37,073 bases of DNA, from positions 1-37,073 of IMG/VR virus record IMGVR_UViG_2778261421_000003. The stretch is one strand, 5' to 3'. Both the position numbers and the translations under genes were made by a program. The notes under the pieces were generated by a model. It was not told the DNA's origin, ran no database searches, and worked only from the letters and a program-made list of their open reading frames with translations. The stretch comes from a virus. Its lineage: Duplodnaviria; Heunggongvirae; Uroviricota; Caudoviricetes. Shown piece after piece: positions 34,721 through 37,073 of the stretch (positions within the stretch are counted from its first letter, which is position 1; the number at the start of each line of letters is the position of its first letter).

Positions 34721-34996
34721 TTAATCTGCTTTCTGGATTTCAGTTTCTGAATCCATGCAAATAATTTCGATATAGGGTTCATTGCCATTAACCTGACGTG
34801 CCTTTTCAGCTTCGCTAATGATTTCGCGTACAGTCTGGTACGGAAGTTCTACGGTCAGGCGCGTGCCGTTCAGATAAACGTAAGTAGCTGCATTTTTTTC
34901 TGATGGGACGACTCCATCAATAGCTGATGCGCGTAATAACAGTTCACCGCGAAAATCAATAAAACGGATAAATACACCTTGTGCATGCTCTTTGGT
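34721..34996 (-). CDS. Hypothetical early protein
   Basis: Start chosen at MTKEHAQGVF; the longer ORF extension overlaps the upstream gene. Confidence 0.4.
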   Translation of the reverse strand, partial: TKEHAQGVFIRFIDFRGELLLRASAIDGVVPSEKNAATYVYLNGTRLTVELPYQTVREIISEAEKARQVNGNEPYIEIICMDSETEIQKAD

Positions 34997-35009
34997 CATA
35001 ACGCACCTG

Positions 35010-35348
35010 TTATAAATCAGTCTGTTTAATAAAACTTTGCCCGCGAAGCAGACGATCAACCGTGCGAAGTGCTTCGTACAATGTGAAATCCTGTCCAAAC
35101 TGATTGTCGCCGTTGCTCAGAGCAAAAATGCGGTTTCCGGTAAATGGGTTGCGTTGGCATCTGTGAACCACGATTCCAGCTTTTTCAATCAGCCAGGTGT
35201 GTTCGCCAATTTGTTTTACTGTATGGCCATCTGGCGTTGCGTGTGTTTCGCTCAGGCTGTAGCGAGAGTTGCTGCGTGATGCACTGGTAGTGAAACGGTT
35301 AGCGTGGCGTTCTGTTCCGGTACGAAAATTACGGCGTTGCTTCAGCAT
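35010..35348 (-). CDS. Hypothetical early protein downstream of cox
   Basis: 112-aa ORF in the position of P2 orf78/B. No motif recognised. Confidence 0.4.
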   Translation of the reverse strand: MLKQRRNFRTGTERHANRFTTSASRSNSRYSLSETHATPDGHTVKQIGEHTWLIEKAGIVVHRCQRNPFTGNRIFALSNGDNQFGQDFTLYEALRTVDRLLRGQSFIKQTDL

Positions 35349-35362
35349 AAAATGACACCTCG

Positions 35363-35641
35363 TTATTTTGTCATCTGCACGTATTTTTCTGTGCTCCTGA
35401 TTGTTTTCAGGAAAAGAGCGAAGAGATTTACTGTGCGTCTTGAGTTCTTTTCATCCTGGTTGATGGGAATTGAACCTCTGTCAGCCTGTCTTTTCACTGT
35501 GTTAACAGCTTGGTTGGTACGCTTTGCGTAATCTTTCAGGCTTTCTTCAAGTACTGGTAACCCATGCTCATCGCGGTAGGGATAGAACGCTGCTAAACGC
35601 TCAAAGTCTGCCTGTTCGTGTGTGTTCAGGACTTTTGCCAT
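35363..35641 (-). CDS. cox: Cox/Apl-like excisionase and early repressor
   Basis: 92 aa (P2 Cox is 91 aa), first gene of the early operon and divergent from C. YAKRTNQAVNTVKRQADRGSIPI resembles the Cox HTH region as I recall it. Confidence 0.55.
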   Translation of the reverse strand: MAKVLNTHEQADFERLAAFYPYRDEHGLPVLEESLKDYAKRTNQAVNTVKRQADRGSIPINQDEKNSRRTVNLFALFLKTIRSTEKYVQMTK

Positions 35642-35680
35642 GTGTGATAACCTGCGCTATCTGTGGTTGTTTGTGACTTG

Positions 35681-35727
35681 GTGTACTTATAAGTACACCT
35701 TGTGCGCAAGCTTAGTGTACTTATAGG
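35681..35727. promoter_or_regulatory. Operator-like repeats in the cox-C intergenic switch region
   Basis: Perfect 18-bp palindrome GTGTACTTATAAGTACAC (35681-35698) and a second GTGTACTTATA half-site (35715-35725) in the 96-bp gap between the divergent cox and C starts. Confidence 0.4.
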
Positions 35728-35737
35728 AACACTGTCA

Positions 35738-36046
35738 ATGCTTATCGGTGAAAAAATTAGAGTGATTCGTGAATCAGAGGATTTAACGCGCGAAGAATTT
35801 TGCGGCCTGATTGATGTGCCTATCGGCACTTTGCGTCGTTATGAAACGGGGCGGATTGAAAACATAGGGGGCGAAGTGCTTATCAAGATTGTTAATCACC
35901 CTCGCTTTTTTAAGTACATGAATTGGCTTATGACGGGAAAAACAAATGAGGCTGCTGGGCAGATCAGTCCGTCTCTCTCCCCTGATGGGCCAAAAAGCAC
36001 ATCGCCTTCTCAAAAACCCCGCAAGACTGGCACACAGCCCGGCTAA
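35738..36046 (+). CDS. C: Immunity repressor C
   Basis: Start at the ATG at 35738 (MLIGEKIRVIRESEDLTREEF...GTLRRYETGR...FFKYMNWLMTGK), resembling P2 C in length and in the HTH and FTKY..W.MT motifs. Confidence 0.75.
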   Translation: MLIGEKIRVIRESEDLTREEFCGLIDVPIGTLRRYETGRIENIGGEVLIKIVNHPRFFKYMNWLMTGKTNEAAGQISPSLSPDGPKSTSPSQKPRKTGTQPG

Positions 36047-36095
36047 TCATGGAGCGCTGGGGGCATGGTGGTCTTGTAACGCTGGGGTTTCACGA

Positions 36096-37073
36096 ATGAG
36101 CATAAAATCAATTCCGGGAGGGTATCTTCTTGACATACGCCCGGAGGGGCGTAAAGGCAAACGCATTCGTAAAAAATTTAAAACGAAATCGGATGCAGTT
36201 TTATATGAGCGGTGGGTGCTGGCGCAACAGCATAACAATGAGTGGAAAGGAAACTCTATTGATCGCCGTCCGCTGTCAGTGCTTATTGACTTGTGGTGGA
36301 AATACCACGGCCAGCTAATGAAGTCAGGGCATAACACGCGCCTTAAATTGCTGCGCTTGAGTGAGGCAATGGATGACCCGTGCGTGCATAAACTTAATAC
36401 AACGATGCTCACCGAGCTACGTGTGTCCAGGATAGAGCAGGGGATACAGCCCAGCACCATAAATCGAGAGATTGGGGCGTTAAGCGCGATGTTTACCGCA
36501 CTCATCTCATCCGGCCATTTTCTTAACGATAACCCCGTTCAAGGCCTTAAAGGAATGAAGGTTAACGAGCGCGAAATGGGATACCTGAGTAAGTCTGAAT
36601 GTGTTCAGTTGCTGGATGCACTGGCTGAAAATCCCGATGAACGGCTGGCTGTCGAAATCCTTCTGTCGACCGGGGCGCGATGGGGCGAGGTAGCGGCACT
36701 GGAGCAGCGCCGTGTTCTTCATTGTCGAATCACTTTTTCAAAAACGAAGAACAGCAAAAACCGTACCGTTCCTATTTCTGAAAGCCTGTTTGAAAAGATC
36801 AAAAAACGGGGCGGGAAACTGGTGTTTCCGACGCTGGATTATTCATTGGTTCGCGATGTCATCAAAACGGTCGCACCTGATGTTCCTGACGGCCAGGCTG
36901 TTCATGCGCTGCGCCACACCTTCGCCAGTCATTTCATGATGAACGGCGGCAATATTCTGACGCTCCAGAAAATTCTGGGGCACGCAAAGATTCAGACAAC
37001 GATGATTTATGCCCATCTTGCGCCGGATTACCTGCAGGATGCGGTGAGGTTTAATCCACTAGGAGGTGCTTAA
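36096..37073 (+). CDS. int: Tyrosine integrase (P2 Int-like)
   Basis: Start chosen at MSIKSIPGGYLL (ATG at 36096). C-terminal catalytic region HALRHTFASHFMMNGGNILTLQKILGHAKIQTTMIYAHL carries the R/H-x-x-R...Y pattern. The stop is the last codon in the window. Confidence 0.85.
   Translation: MSIKSIPGGYLLDIRPEGRKGKRIRKKFKTKSDAVLYERWVLAQQHNNEWKGNSIDRRPLSVLIDLWWKYHGQLMKSGHNTRLKLLRLSEAMDDPCVHKLNTTMLTELRVSRIEQGIQPSTINREIGALSAMFTALISSGHFLNDNPVQGLKGMKVNEREMGYLSKSECVQLLDALAENPDERLAVEILLSTGARWGEVAALEQRRVLHCRITFSKTKNSKNRTVPISESLFEKIKKRGGKLVFPTLDYSLVRDVIKTVAPDVPDGQAVHALRHTFASHFMMNGGNILTLQKILGHAKIQTTMIYAHLAPDYLQDAVRFNPLGGA

Noticed and set aside
1-37073. CRISPR arrays, rRNA, tRNA or insertion-sequence transposases
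   Set aside because: No short regularly spaced direct repeats with unique spacers, no rRNA-like or tRNA-like genes, and no transposase-like ORFs were seen; the only repeats are the fibre cassette repeats and the H tandem repeats.

Overview
This window is a near-complete P2-like (Peduovirus-type) temperate myovirus prophage from an enterobacterial host, read in reverse relative to the usual P2 map. It starts at the stop codon of a Hok-like peptide gene beside ogr and ends at the stop codon of the tyrosine integrase. All calls rest on reading the six-frame translations against remembered P2-family proteins and motifs; no database search was run. Recognisable modules are the late regulator ogr, tail gene D, the tail sheath/tube/chaperone/tape-measure/U block, a Hin/Gin-type invertase with a multi-cassette tail-fibre tip region, baseplate and tail-completion genes, the lysis cassette, capsid and terminase genes, replication gene A, and the cox/C/int switch. 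Five things stand out as not explained by a standard P2 layout. (1) An AT-rich single-gene insertion between ogr and D encodes a 389-aa protein with a DUF3800-like motif, which is my top candidate for an undescribed accessory or defence function. (2) The Q-to-A interval, where P2 carries old and tin, instead holds an unrecognised 174-aa protein and a Phd/Doc-like toxin-antitoxin pair. (3) The FI-FII-E-T-U block is inverted relative to D and to the rest of the late genes. (4) A NanS-p-like sialate O-acetylesterase sits inside the late operon between lysC and R. (5) An SPFH/band-7 lipoprotein with a small membrane partner sits in the early region. No rRNA, tRNA or CRISPR array was seen.
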